Below are positions 19,892 to 28,020 of a DNA stretch of 64,000 bases, piece by piece. The position numbers and the translations under genes are program-made. This stretch comes from Spirochaetia bacterium. Its GTDB lineage: Bacteria; Spirochaetota; Spirochaetia; UBA9216. Each line of letters starts with the position of its first letter. Position 1 is the stretch's first letter. The notes under the pieces were generated by a model. The model made no database searches. It worked only from the letters and a program-made list of their open reading frames with translations, and had not been told where the DNA came from. The stretch covers positions 3,904,001 to 3,968,000 of the forward strand of contig OY776510.1 of the NCBI GenBank assembly GCA_963675665.1. The letters are read 5' to 3'.

Positions 19892-19910
19892 ATCTAACTC
19901 AGTTTTATAC
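19892..19910 (-). other. Candidate attI core
   Basis: GTATAAA-ACTGA-GTTAGAT resembles attI1 CCCTAAA-ACAAA-GTTRRRY. It is the first cassette start and has no attC hairpin upstream. Confidence 0.55.
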
Positions 19911-20033
19911 GCAATAGCGAACAATGTATCAGCAATAATGCCCAATTGCAGGTGATCTCCTATAAAACCCCATAACTGCATTATTTGCTTTTATTCTTCC
20001 GGCAGTATAACTCCTGCGTTTTTACCTTGCAAA

Positions 20034-20062
20034 ATTATACACCCGTAAAATGTATATATCAA
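20034..20062 (-). promoter_or_regulatory. Candidate Pc sigma70 promoter directed into the array
   Basis: TTGATA-17 nt-TATAAT on the minus strand, about 125 nt upstream of the attI-like site. Confidence 0.65.
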
Positions 20063-20100
20063 ATTAGCATTTAACTCATATTCCTTTGTAATACAATGAA

Positions 20101-20472
20101 TTACACCACGAACCGCCGCCATACAACACGCTGATTATGGAAATTTATTAAATACCCAACCCTGATGCCGGACAGCTTCAAATAATTAATTAACTGCGCT
20201 TCCATAGCCGGTGTAAACTGGGCTACAGATTTAAGCTCAAGAATGATTTTATTTTCCACAACCATGTCGGCAATATAAGCGCTGGCCAACTCATTACGGT
20301 AATAAACCGGGTAAACATGCTGCCTGCTTATTTGAAGCCCCATATGCCTGAATTCAATAACCAGGGCCCCCTCATACGCCGACTCAAGCAGCCCCGGGCC
20401 AAGTGAATTATGCACCGCAAACGCAGCACCCAGAACCATGTTTGATAAATCCTTTTCATAAATAGCTGACAT
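20101..20472 (-). CDS. GxxExxY protein (PD-(D/E)XK fold)
   Basis: LGPGLLESAYE, ADMVVENKIILELKS, QLINYLK...GYLINF. Confidence 0.92.
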   Translation of the reverse strand: MSAIYEKDLSNMVLGAAFAVHNSLGPGLLESAYEGALVIEFRHMGLQISRQHVYPVYYRNELASAYIADMVVENKIILELKSVAQFTPAMEAQLINYLKLSGIRVGYLINFHNQRVVWRRFVV

Positions 20473-20787
20473 ATACAGCCTCCTGTTTTTATAAAACAGT
20501 CACCTGCAAGCGATGAGCAGTCAAGGGTTCGGAGAACTTGCCTTGCCCTTGACGGCGAAGAGCGGAAGGTACAATGAAAAAACCTGGAGGAAGGAAAAGA
20601 TGTATAAACCACCGATGAAAAAGATAGCCACAGATAATCAAGAGACAGATAAAAATTACAGTTTTATAAAACTTCAGCTTTCGAAGCCTTCCCTGGATGT
20701 GCCGAACGTTTAGTTATTCGCCGACAGGGGAATAACTAATCCCCAAATTATCAAGGGAAATTGCTTCGGTAATTTTTCATGATGATA

Positions 20788-20830
20788 ATCTTCTTAATCC
20801 GTGAAATCAGTGGTTCAATAACTCTCTTCA
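20788..20830. repeat. 43-bp direct repeat, copy 1
   Basis: ATCTTCTTAATCCGTGAAATCAGTGGTTCAATAACTCTCTTCA, identical at 21927-21969. Confidence 0.9.
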
Positions 20831-20854
20831 TCATCATCTTCAATAAAGAAAAAA

Positions 20855-21202
20855 CTATTCACTGGCAGGATCAAGAAGCTTAACATAATCTTCACGCGGA
20901 TAAGTAAAAACCTCAATTGCAACAGAATCTTCCAGGATCTCAGCCCTGTGTTCAATTCCCTTGTTTATACACCAGCTGTCTCCGGGTTTCATCTCCCAGG
21001 GCCTGCCCCCGATATGAACAATAATATTGCCCGAAACAAGAAAACCGATCTGCTCATAATCAGCATGGGCATGGGGCGGAAGAACAGCCCCCTTCTTCAT
21101 CCGGAACTCGCTCATCAGGGAATCCTCGCCAATTACCGAAGTCTTCACATCGACCCCCTCAAGAGCAGATACAAAATTGTCATCGTTGTGTCTGTTAACC
21201 AT
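20855..21202 (-). CDS. Cupin domain protein
   Basis: PPHAHADYEQIG...PGDSWCI...EHRA. Confidence 0.9.
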   Translation of the reverse strand: MVNRHNDDNFVSALEGVDVKTSVIGEDSLMSEFRMKKGAVLPPHAHADYEQIGFLVSGNIIVHIGGRPWEMKPGDSWCINKGIEHRAEILEDSVAIEVFTYPREDYVKLLDPASE

Positions 21203-21255
21203 AAAATCCTCATTAATAAAATATTTGTCTTGCCTACCGGTCCCGGTCTTTCTTA

Positions 21256-21924
21256 TTAATCCAGGTAGGCCCTTACAGCTATTGAAAACTCAACCTGGGA
21301 CGGCCCCGTTTTTTTCTCTTTTGCAGGGAACTGCCTGTCGAAGTTCTCAACATCAGCCGGATCCAAATCATAAACCGGGCTGCAGAAAAACCTGCGCCTT
21401 CGCCCGTCGAATGCACTCTTATCAAGCTCGCATGCCAGCTGCCCGAACGGAAACCTGCCTTCAGAATTGCTGATATTAAAATCCCGTGAATTAATAAAAC
21501 CGTGCCTGCAGTAGTTGTACGGATGCCCAAGGATAATAATTCCCTTCTCCCCCATAGACTTCGCAAGCTCCATGGTTTTTCCGATCAATGCGGAACCCAC
21601 ACCCCTGTGCTGGAATTCAGGCAGAACGCAGACCGGCCCGAACGTAAGCGTATCAAGCCGGTTGCTCTCATCATCAAGAACAAACGACCTGGTGTACATA
21701 ATATTACCGATTACCCTGCCGTCAAGTTCGGCGACATAGTCCAGTTCAGGAATAAAATCGCCGTGGTTTCTAAGCACATGCACAAGGTAGTGCTCCTCGC
21801 ATCCAGGGAAATAAAGGTTCCAGAACGCCTCGCGTGTAACCTCTTCTACCGTGCGGAAATCTTCCGGCTTTTCTCTTCTTATACTAACATTCATATCAGT
21901 CCCCGATTTTGATGATTTTATCAT
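21256..21924 (-). CDS. GNAT acetyltransferase (YhbS-like)
   Basis: FGPVCVLPEFQHRGVGSALI, GHPYNYCRHGF. Confidence 0.9.
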   Translation of the reverse strand: MIKSSKSGTDMNVSIRREKPEDFRTVEEVTREAFWNLYFPGCEEHYLVHVLRNHGDFIPELDYVAELDGRVIGNIMYTRSFVLDDESNRLDTLTFGPVCVLPEFQHRGVGSALIGKTMELAKSMGEKGIIILGHPYNYCRHGFINSRDFNISNSEGRFPFGQLACELDKSAFDGRRRRFFCSPVYDLDPADVENFDRQFPAKEKKTGPSQVEFSIAVRAYLD

Positions 21925-21926
21925 AC

Positions 21927-21969
21927 ATCTTCTTAATCCGTGAAATCAGTGGTTCAATAACTCTCTTCA
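21927..21969. repeat. 43-bp direct repeat, copy 2
   Basis: Identical to 20788-20830. Confidence 0.9.
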
Positions 21970-21983
21970 GCAATCATTCAGTC

Positions 21984-22205
21984 CTAGAAATTTGTAATAT
22001 AAAGACCAACCAGCTTTTCGTTTATAACCCCTGCAATTCGTACCGCATCATCGTAATCAGCGCTTTTGTCGAGAATCATACCAATGCTCGCCTTTTCAAG
22101 GCCCGGAAAATTCGGCTCGCCAGTTACCTCGAAAACGATAAAGGGATTGCCCTTAGCCGTCTCCTTAACAACAGCCCTGTGCCTTCCTGTAAAAGTATTA
22201 GCCAT
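21984..22205 (-). CDS. Small hypothetical protein
   Basis: MANTF... start preceded by a G-rich RBS; co-oriented with its neighbours. Confidence 0.55.
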   Translation of the reverse strand: MANTFTGRHRAVVKETAKGNPFIVFEVTGEPNFPGLEKASIGMILDKSADYDDAVRIAGVINEKLVGLYITNF

Positions 22206-22653
22206 AAACACCCCCCGCTTATTAAAAAATATCATATATCTACTTTATTTTCTTAACCAGTGTTTCAATAAACCTCTTCATCTCAGAAATTTGAAATATA
22301 AACCTCGGAAGCGGTTTAAGAATTATTTGATCCTAAAATTATTATAAAATCTTTTTCTACTCATTCAAAAAAAACCAAAATATCGCTTCCGAAATGTCAG
22401 TAAGGTTAAATTTAATAGTGCTGTCTTCATCAAGTATTTCTTGCACGATCAGACAATCAATAGTATTATATTTTCAAGCCGGATCAGCCGGCAAATCGGC
22501 CGTCCCGAACAACCGGGGGTTTACGGAGGTGAGAACTAAAAAAAATAACTCGATAATTCAAATCGGAGTTGTTTTGACAGTTTCACCGGCTAAATAACAT
22601 TACATTGTCAACATCACTCCAAACACACCAAAAACCCAAAAGGAAGGATAACC

Positions 22654-23880
22654 ATGAAACGAGTAATGATATTGGGAACCGGCGCCCAGGGAAGCGCAAT
22701 AGCAAAACTACTGGATAAGGAATCGAATGTAGCAGAAATAATCTGCGCTGATTACGATCTGAAAGCGGCGGAAACCCTCATCAAAAGCCTGTCCAGGGCA
22801 AAAGCGGTTCAAGTAAACGCAAAAAAAGTTGAAGACATCGTCAGGGCAGGCAGAGGCGCCGACATAATAGTCAACGGTCTGCCGATCAGCTTCAACCTCA
22901 CGGTAATGGAAGCAGCTCTTGAACTGAAAGCACACTACCAGGATTTATGCATGACCGAACTGGAAGGGCTTGATTCAATAGAATCAACAAAATACATGTT
23001 CACCGAAATGAACCGGCGCTTTAAAGAAGCCGGAGTTCTAGCGCTGACAAATACCGGATCGGCGCCCGGCCTTGCAAATGTTGTAGTCAGGGAAACCGCC
23101 GAAAAATTCGATTCGGTTGATACAATTGAAATAAACGTATACGAAGGCGTTTGGTCAAAAAGGTTTGTGCCGTTCTGGTGGTCGCCCGATGTGGCCTTTT
23201 CCGATATGACTGAAAACCCGATACGCTTTGAAAACGGCAGACATGTCTTTACAAAGCAGTTTGATAATCCCGTCATGATGGAATTCCCGGGAATAGCCAA
23301 ACCCGTTAGAATGGTCGACCACTCTCACGAAGAACCCGTAACAATGGGGCTTAATGCTCAAAAATACCTTAAAGGCGCAAAGAATATTATATTCCGGTAC
23401 GGGGGGCCGCATATTGAGCTGTCAGAGGCGCTGTTTAAAATGGGATTTCTGTCGCATAAAAAACGCAGTTTTAAGGGAATTGAATATGTCCCGTTCGACC
23501 TTGTTATAGAACACGCGCCTCCCGCTCCAAAATACAGGGAAGAAATAAAGGAAATAATCGACGAGGGATTGATTAGCGAAGAAGGCTCATTTCAGATTAT
23601 TGTCGATGGGATTAAAGACGGCAAACCGCGCAAGGCAACGGTCTATGTAAATTCTCCTGGGCTGCTTGAAGCTTTCGAAAAATCCGGAATAAGCCATGAA
23701 GCTTATCTTACCGGACAAAGCGCGTTTATCTTCACAAAAATGATGGTTACTGATGCGGTAAAACAGACGGGATTAATCTCTCCTGAGGTTCTTGAAACTG
23801 ACGCGCGGAGGTTCTTCTTTGATGAAGCGGCAAAACTGGAAATAACCTTCGACGAGATAACCGAACAGAAGGTTAATTAA
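22654..23880 (+). CDS. Saccharopine dehydrogenase / carboxynorspermidine synthase family oxidoreductase
   Basis: ILGTGAQG Rossmann fold, HYQDL, GSAPG, HSHEE; AGGA RBS. Confidence 0.85.
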   Translation: MKRVMILGTGAQGSAIAKLLDKESNVAEIICADYDLKAAETLIKSLSRAKAVQVNAKKVEDIVRAGRGADIIVNGLPISFNLTVMEAALELKAHYQDLCMTELEGLDSIESTKYMFTEMNRRFKEAGVLALTNTGSAPGLANVVVRETAEKFDSVDTIEINVYEGVWSKRFVPFWWSPDVAFSDMTENPIRFENGRHVFTKQFDNPVMMEFPGIAKPVRMVDHSHEEPVTMGLNAQKYLKGAKNIIFRYGGPHIELSEALFKMGFLSHKKRSFKGIEYVPFDLVIEHAPPAPKYREEIKEIIDEGLISEEGSFQIIVDGIKDGKPRKATVYVNSPGLLEAFEKSGISHEAYLTGQSAFIFTKMMVTDAVKQTGLISPEVLETDARRFFFDEAAKLEITFDEITEQKVN

Positions 23881-23888
23881 AACGGCTG

Positions 23889-25871
23889 TCAGACTGCCCC
23901 GGTAATTGTAAAAACTGTCTGCCTGGAATCAGACTCATAGTTAAAATCACCTTTCAGCTGCGCCGCCAGGATTCCGACAAGTCTAAAGCCGAAACCCCTG
24001 ATTCCTTCTTTTTTATAATCCGAGGGCAGCAGCAGGCCGTTGTTCCAAACCTTCATCTCGTACTGAGATTCTTTTTCCAGAAAGGAAATTCCGAGCTGAT
24101 AGTTGCCGCCCTTTTTAAAAGCATATTTATATGCATTTGTCAAAAGTTCGTTCAGGATCAGGCCCCAGCATACAGCCTGATGCGAAGAGAGAGAAATATC
24201 ATTGAGCTCGGTCTTTAAATCAACGAAATATTCATCCGTCTGAAAAAAGTCTTTTATGGATTCAATTACATTCTCAAGAAAATCATTCATTCTGATTTTA
24301 TCGCTGTTAAACCTGGAGTATTCAAACATTGAATACAGGTCCGCAAAAGTTGTAATACGGTTTTGTACCGAAACAAGGACTTCTTTTACATCGCTGCTGT
24401 CAGCCACCATATGTTCCAGCTTAATAATCGACTGAATCATTGCAATTGAGTCTTTTATCTGGTGTTCCAGCTCGTCAAACATTGCATTCTGCTTATTCAG
24501 AGAATTGTTTAAATGCCTGCTTGTTTCTATATATTCCGTAATCTCCGAAAATGTAAGAACGGCCTGTTCAACCTTGCCTGTTCCGCCTGTAACCACTGGT
24601 TGGGCGCTGATTTTCAGCCAGTGATCAATATTCTTTCTGTTTGTAATCTTGAGAATAAAGTTGTTTACGTCCCTGCCGGTTGAAAAAACCAGGCTGCCGG
24701 GCAGGAGCTTTTCATCTGCGGGCTGATCATCTATATAACATTTGCTGAAAAGCAAATCCTTCTGTTTTCCGATAATTTCAATTGCACTGATCCCGAATAT
24801 TTTTTCAGCACCCTTGTTGCATGCCAGAACAACCTTGTCGCTGTTCAGCAGGATTATTCCGTCGTTTGATGAATTAAGAACTGAATCAAGAATTTTCTGG
24901 TTTTCCAGTAGCTTGTCTTCAACCAGTCTTCTTTTAATTGCGTCAGAAACAATATTTGTCAGTGATTCCATAAAATCATTGGACGGCAGCACTTCTTTAT
25001 CTTTATAGGCGAGTAAAACGGTTCCCAGAAGAATATCAGCCAGAGGGTCAACAATAGCCAGCACGATATACTGTTCAAAGCCCAATAACTTCTGCAGAAC
25101 TGCACTTATTTTGCCCGGAGCTGCCGTACCGTACGAGATATCATCAAAACTGTCGGCATACAAAACGGTTTTTTTCATCATCTCATTTTTAATATCATCA
25201 TTAATAGTAATGAGTCTTTTCATTTTATTGTTTATCAATTCAAGAAAGAAGTTTTTTCTTAAAGCCTGATGACCGCTCATTTGTGTCATATTCAAATACA
25301 CATTTTCGTTTTCTTTATAATATTCAGCATATCCGGTAAAATCCGCCCCTGTAATTTCCAGCATATTATCAAGAATAAACTGAATCAGATCATTCTGGGG
25401 CGGCAGAACGGATATTTTATGCGTAAAATCTGCCAGTTCCCTGTTGTACCGGTTCTGAACAAGAATTGCGTGTTCGGAATTCTTGCGCTGCGTAATATCA
25501 AGTAATGTGCTTAAATATCCTGCAGGTTCATTCGATTCGTTATAGATAAGTTTTGTCTCTATAACCGCGTAAATCTTTTTATTATTCTCTCCGGTAAAGG
25601 ATTGTTCGATCTGCAGCAGCTCTTTTTTACCGTCCATCAACAGCTTTAACTGCTTTTTTAAGTTATTGGCCCCGGTTACAGATATAATATCTTCAACAGA
25701 TTTGCCGCTGATATCTTCAACCGAATAGCCCAGAACACGTGCGAATTTTACATTGGCATAAACAAGCCTGAAGTCAAGAGACAAAACTGCCAGACCGATA
25801 TGAGTATTCCTGAAAAAACTCTGGAAAACACCCTCGCTGTCTGCATGAAAACTTTTAAGCAAATTTTCCAT
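23889..25871 (-). CDS. PAS-domain sensor histidine kinase (HisKA_2 type)
   Basis: Two PAS domains, ELEHQIK, LILNELLTNAYKYAF, NNG and GFG boxes. Confidence 0.85.
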   Translation of the reverse strand: MENLLKSFHADSEGVFQSFFRNTHIGLAVLSLDFRLVYANVKFARVLGYSVEDISGKSVEDIISVTGANNLKKQLKLLMDGKKELLQIEQSFTGENNKKIYAVIETKLIYNESNEPAGYLSTLLDITQRKNSEHAILVQNRYNRELADFTHKISVLPPQNDLIQFILDNMLEITGADFTGYAEYYKENENVYLNMTQMSGHQALRKNFFLELINNKMKRLITINDDIKNEMMKKTVLYADSFDDISYGTAAPGKISAVLQKLLGFEQYIVLAIVDPLADILLGTVLLAYKDKEVLPSNDFMESLTNIVSDAIKRRLVEDKLLENQKILDSVLNSSNDGIILLNSDKVVLACNKGAEKIFGISAIEIIGKQKDLLFSKCYIDDQPADEKLLPGSLVFSTGRDVNNFILKITNRKNIDHWLKISAQPVVTGGTGKVEQAVLTFSEITEYIETSRHLNNSLNKQNAMFDELEHQIKDSIAMIQSIIKLEHMVADSSDVKEVLVSVQNRITTFADLYSMFEYSRFNSDKIRMNDFLENVIESIKDFFQTDEYFVDLKTELNDISLSSHQAVCWGLILNELLTNAYKYAFKKGGNYQLGISFLEKESQYEMKVWNNGLLLPSDYKKEGIRGFGFRLVGILAAQLKGDFNYESDSRQTVFTITGAV

Positions 25872-25886
25872 CTGAAATAAACCCTT

Positions 25887-26792
25887 CTATATTCGGGACT
25901 GCCTGGTAAACAGATTTACTCCCAACCCTGCAGCCGGCCATAAAAATGTAGTCCATAATCCTACCAGAGCATACCGGAAAAAATCAAACAGGTAATGTTC
26001 CGGAAGAATCAGTTTGACTCCCGCCATAATTCCGATGGCCCCCGCAAGACCGATAATGAATCGAATAACTTTTATTACCCACATTGAATCTGTTTCAGAA
26101 AAATAAATATAGCGCTCTTCAATAAAAAACCCGTAAACAGCACCTGCAGAAATACCCGATATCTTGAAAAAATCTTCAATCTTCATTGAGCCTTTGAACA
26201 ATGTTAAATCCAGGATCAAAACAATAATTGTAAGCAGAATAAAAACCGCCTGGATTCTCATAAATATTCTTTTCAGTTTTACATGATCATCATAATGATT
26301 ATCAATCAGGGAACAGAAAATATAGGCAACCGCTATCCCGATTATTACTGCCGCAACAACATCAACAGGCCAGTGAACGCCGAGATATACCCTTGATATA
26401 CCTACGAGCAGCAGAATTATTATTGCAATAATTGTAAACAGTCTCTTTCTGATAATCTGCGACAGCGTAATAAAAAAAGTGGTTGCTCCCTGGGTATGCC
26501 CGCTTGGAAATGAATACCCGGTAGCTGTTTCAATTCTTTTCCCGCTAATCGAACCCAGTTTTTCAAATGGCCTTGATGTGTGAAAAGTTATTTTAAGCAC
26601 AGCATTCACCATTGATGAAAAAATAAAGGCTGAAGCCAGTTTAAAACCTTCTTTCTTGGAGACATTCCAGTATATAAACGATATCACGATTATAAAGAAA
26701 TACTGCTCTCCCAGCATTGTAATCATCTCTGCCGCTTTATCGAGAACGGGCGTAGATATCTCCTGAAAGAATAGAAGAATCTGAGTCTGCAT
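25887..26792 (-). CDS. PAP2 family membrane phosphatase
   Basis: KxxxxxxRP, FPSGH, SRVYLGVHW. Confidence 0.92.
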   Translation of the reverse strand: MQTQILLFFQEISTPVLDKAAEMITMLGEQYFFIIVISFIYWNVSKKEGFKLASAFIFSSMVNAVLKITFHTSRPFEKLGSISGKRIETATGYSFPSGHTQGATTFFITLSQIIRKRLFTIIAIIILLLVGISRVYLGVHWPVDVVAAVIIGIAVAYIFCSLIDNHYDDHVKLKRIFMRIQAVFILLTIIVLILDLTLFKGSMKIEDFFKISGISAGAVYGFFIEERYIYFSETDSMWVIKVIRFIIGLAGAIGIMAGVKLILPEHYLFDFFRYALVGLWTTFLWPAAGLGVNLFTRQSRI

Positions 26793-26879
26793 TATTACCT
26801 CGTTTCTGTTATTTATATTTTGTCCTCATTTTACCATAAAATAAACATTTTTGTATTAATATTGTAAATGATCATCAAA

Positions 26880-27938
26880 TTAACTGTATCCGGCCTTAAC
26901 ACCAAAAAGGCCTGCCCGGGGTGCCGTAAAATCGAAATCTTCCAGTTCCGGCAGTTTCAGGGCCGTTTCCTGTCTTGTAACAACAGGAAACCCGTAAAAC
27001 TGATTAGTATATTTTACCGCGCCTTTCTGGTCCTGATATTTTTTAATAAAACCGGTATGAGCCTGAAGCCTGTTCGCGTTATATTCGTCTGCTTCGGCAG
27101 CAGCTGTTGCTGCGGATTCTTTTATTATAACAGATAATTCCGCCTCAGTTTCATAACCGCAACATTCGCGACCGTTTACAACAGCGGCGGCAAGCGTTGT
27201 TCCGGTTCCCATGAACGGATCAATAACCTTGTCGCCCTGCAGCGAATACATATTTATCAACCGGTGAGGCAGCTCGAATGCAAAAGCGCCGCTGCGGTTT
27301 CTGCCTTCCCCGCCCGTCCCTTTTCGGGCTGCAAGCGGCTGCGAAACACCTTTGAGGTTCCATACATCGGAAAACCAAAGGTTGCGTTCTTCCCAGAAAA
27401 AAGCGCTTCTGCGTCGCAGCTTCTGCCCGGCGTCATTAAAAACACGCTTGCCGCCCTTTCGGAATATCAGAATATATTCATGTTCGAGCGTTACATAGGC
27501 TCCTGCAGGCAGCATTCCGGAACCCATATATTTTGTCGGAGAGTTGGTCGGTTTGAACCAGTGAATAATCGGCAGGCATTCAAACCCAAGCCCAATCATC
27601 TTCATGGTTATCCGTGAATGGTTCGGATACAGCCTGAAACCTTCACCCATCGTCCTTGTTGCGTCGCCCACGTTGATGCAGGCGAAAGAACCCGGTTTCA
27701 ATACCCGAAAACATTCGCTCCAGACCGAATCCAGAACCCGGTGCATGCTTTCAAAGGCGGCGTTTCCGTCATTCTGCTGTAATGCCCTGCCCGTTTCGAC
27801 AGACACACTGCTGAAACTGTTGTCCCACATTTCAATCATCGGATACGGAGGGGAAGTAACAACAAGATCCATGCTTCCGCTTTCAATCTCATCCATTGAT
27901 GTCGCACTTTTGAAAAAGACTCTGTTTTCAAGCTGCAT
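26880..27938 (-). CDS. Orphan DNA methyltransferase (N4-cytosine/N6-adenine family, beta order)
   Basis: VTSPPY before DPFMGTGTT. Confidence 0.88.
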   Translation of the reverse strand: MQLENRVFFKSATSMDEIESGSMDLVVTSPPYPMIEMWDNSFSSVSVETGRALQQNDGNAAFESMHRVLDSVWSECFRVLKPGSFACINVGDATRTMGEGFRLYPNHSRITMKMIGLGFECLPIIHWFKPTNSPTKYMGSGMLPAGAYVTLEHEYILIFRKGGKRVFNDAGQKLRRRSAFFWEERNLWFSDVWNLKGVSQPLAARKGTGGEGRNRSGAFAFELPHRLINMYSLQGDKVIDPFMGTGTTLAAAVVNGRECCGYETEAELSVIIKESAATAAAEADEYNANRLQAHTGFIKKYQDQKGAVKYTNQFYGFPVVTRQETALKLPELEDFDFTAPRAGLFGVKAGYS

Positions 27939-28020
27939 GGTTCAGATTACCAGTTAAGCTGAATATTGTCACTCGAATATTGCCTGCATGCAGTTTCTAT
28001 TGTATAAATAAACACCTGAT

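Larger units (their letters stand above)
2578..20062 (-). mobile_element. Integron-like gene-cassette array without an integrase in the window (CALIN-like, retaining candidate attI and Pc)
   Basis: Co-oriented AT-rich genes separated by ~150-bp imperfect palindromes bounded by RYYYAAC...GTT. The two ends of each cassette are mutually complementary. Confidence 0.85.

Noticed and set aside
19900-22600. Integron integrase or DGR reverse transcriptase
   Set aside because: No ORF with tyrosine-recombinase or YxDD RT motifs here or elsewhere in the window.
22470-22600. Riboswitch upstream of the saccharopine dehydrogenase-like gene
   Set aside because: GC-rich patch, but I recognise no aptamer consensus; an Rfam scan would be needed.
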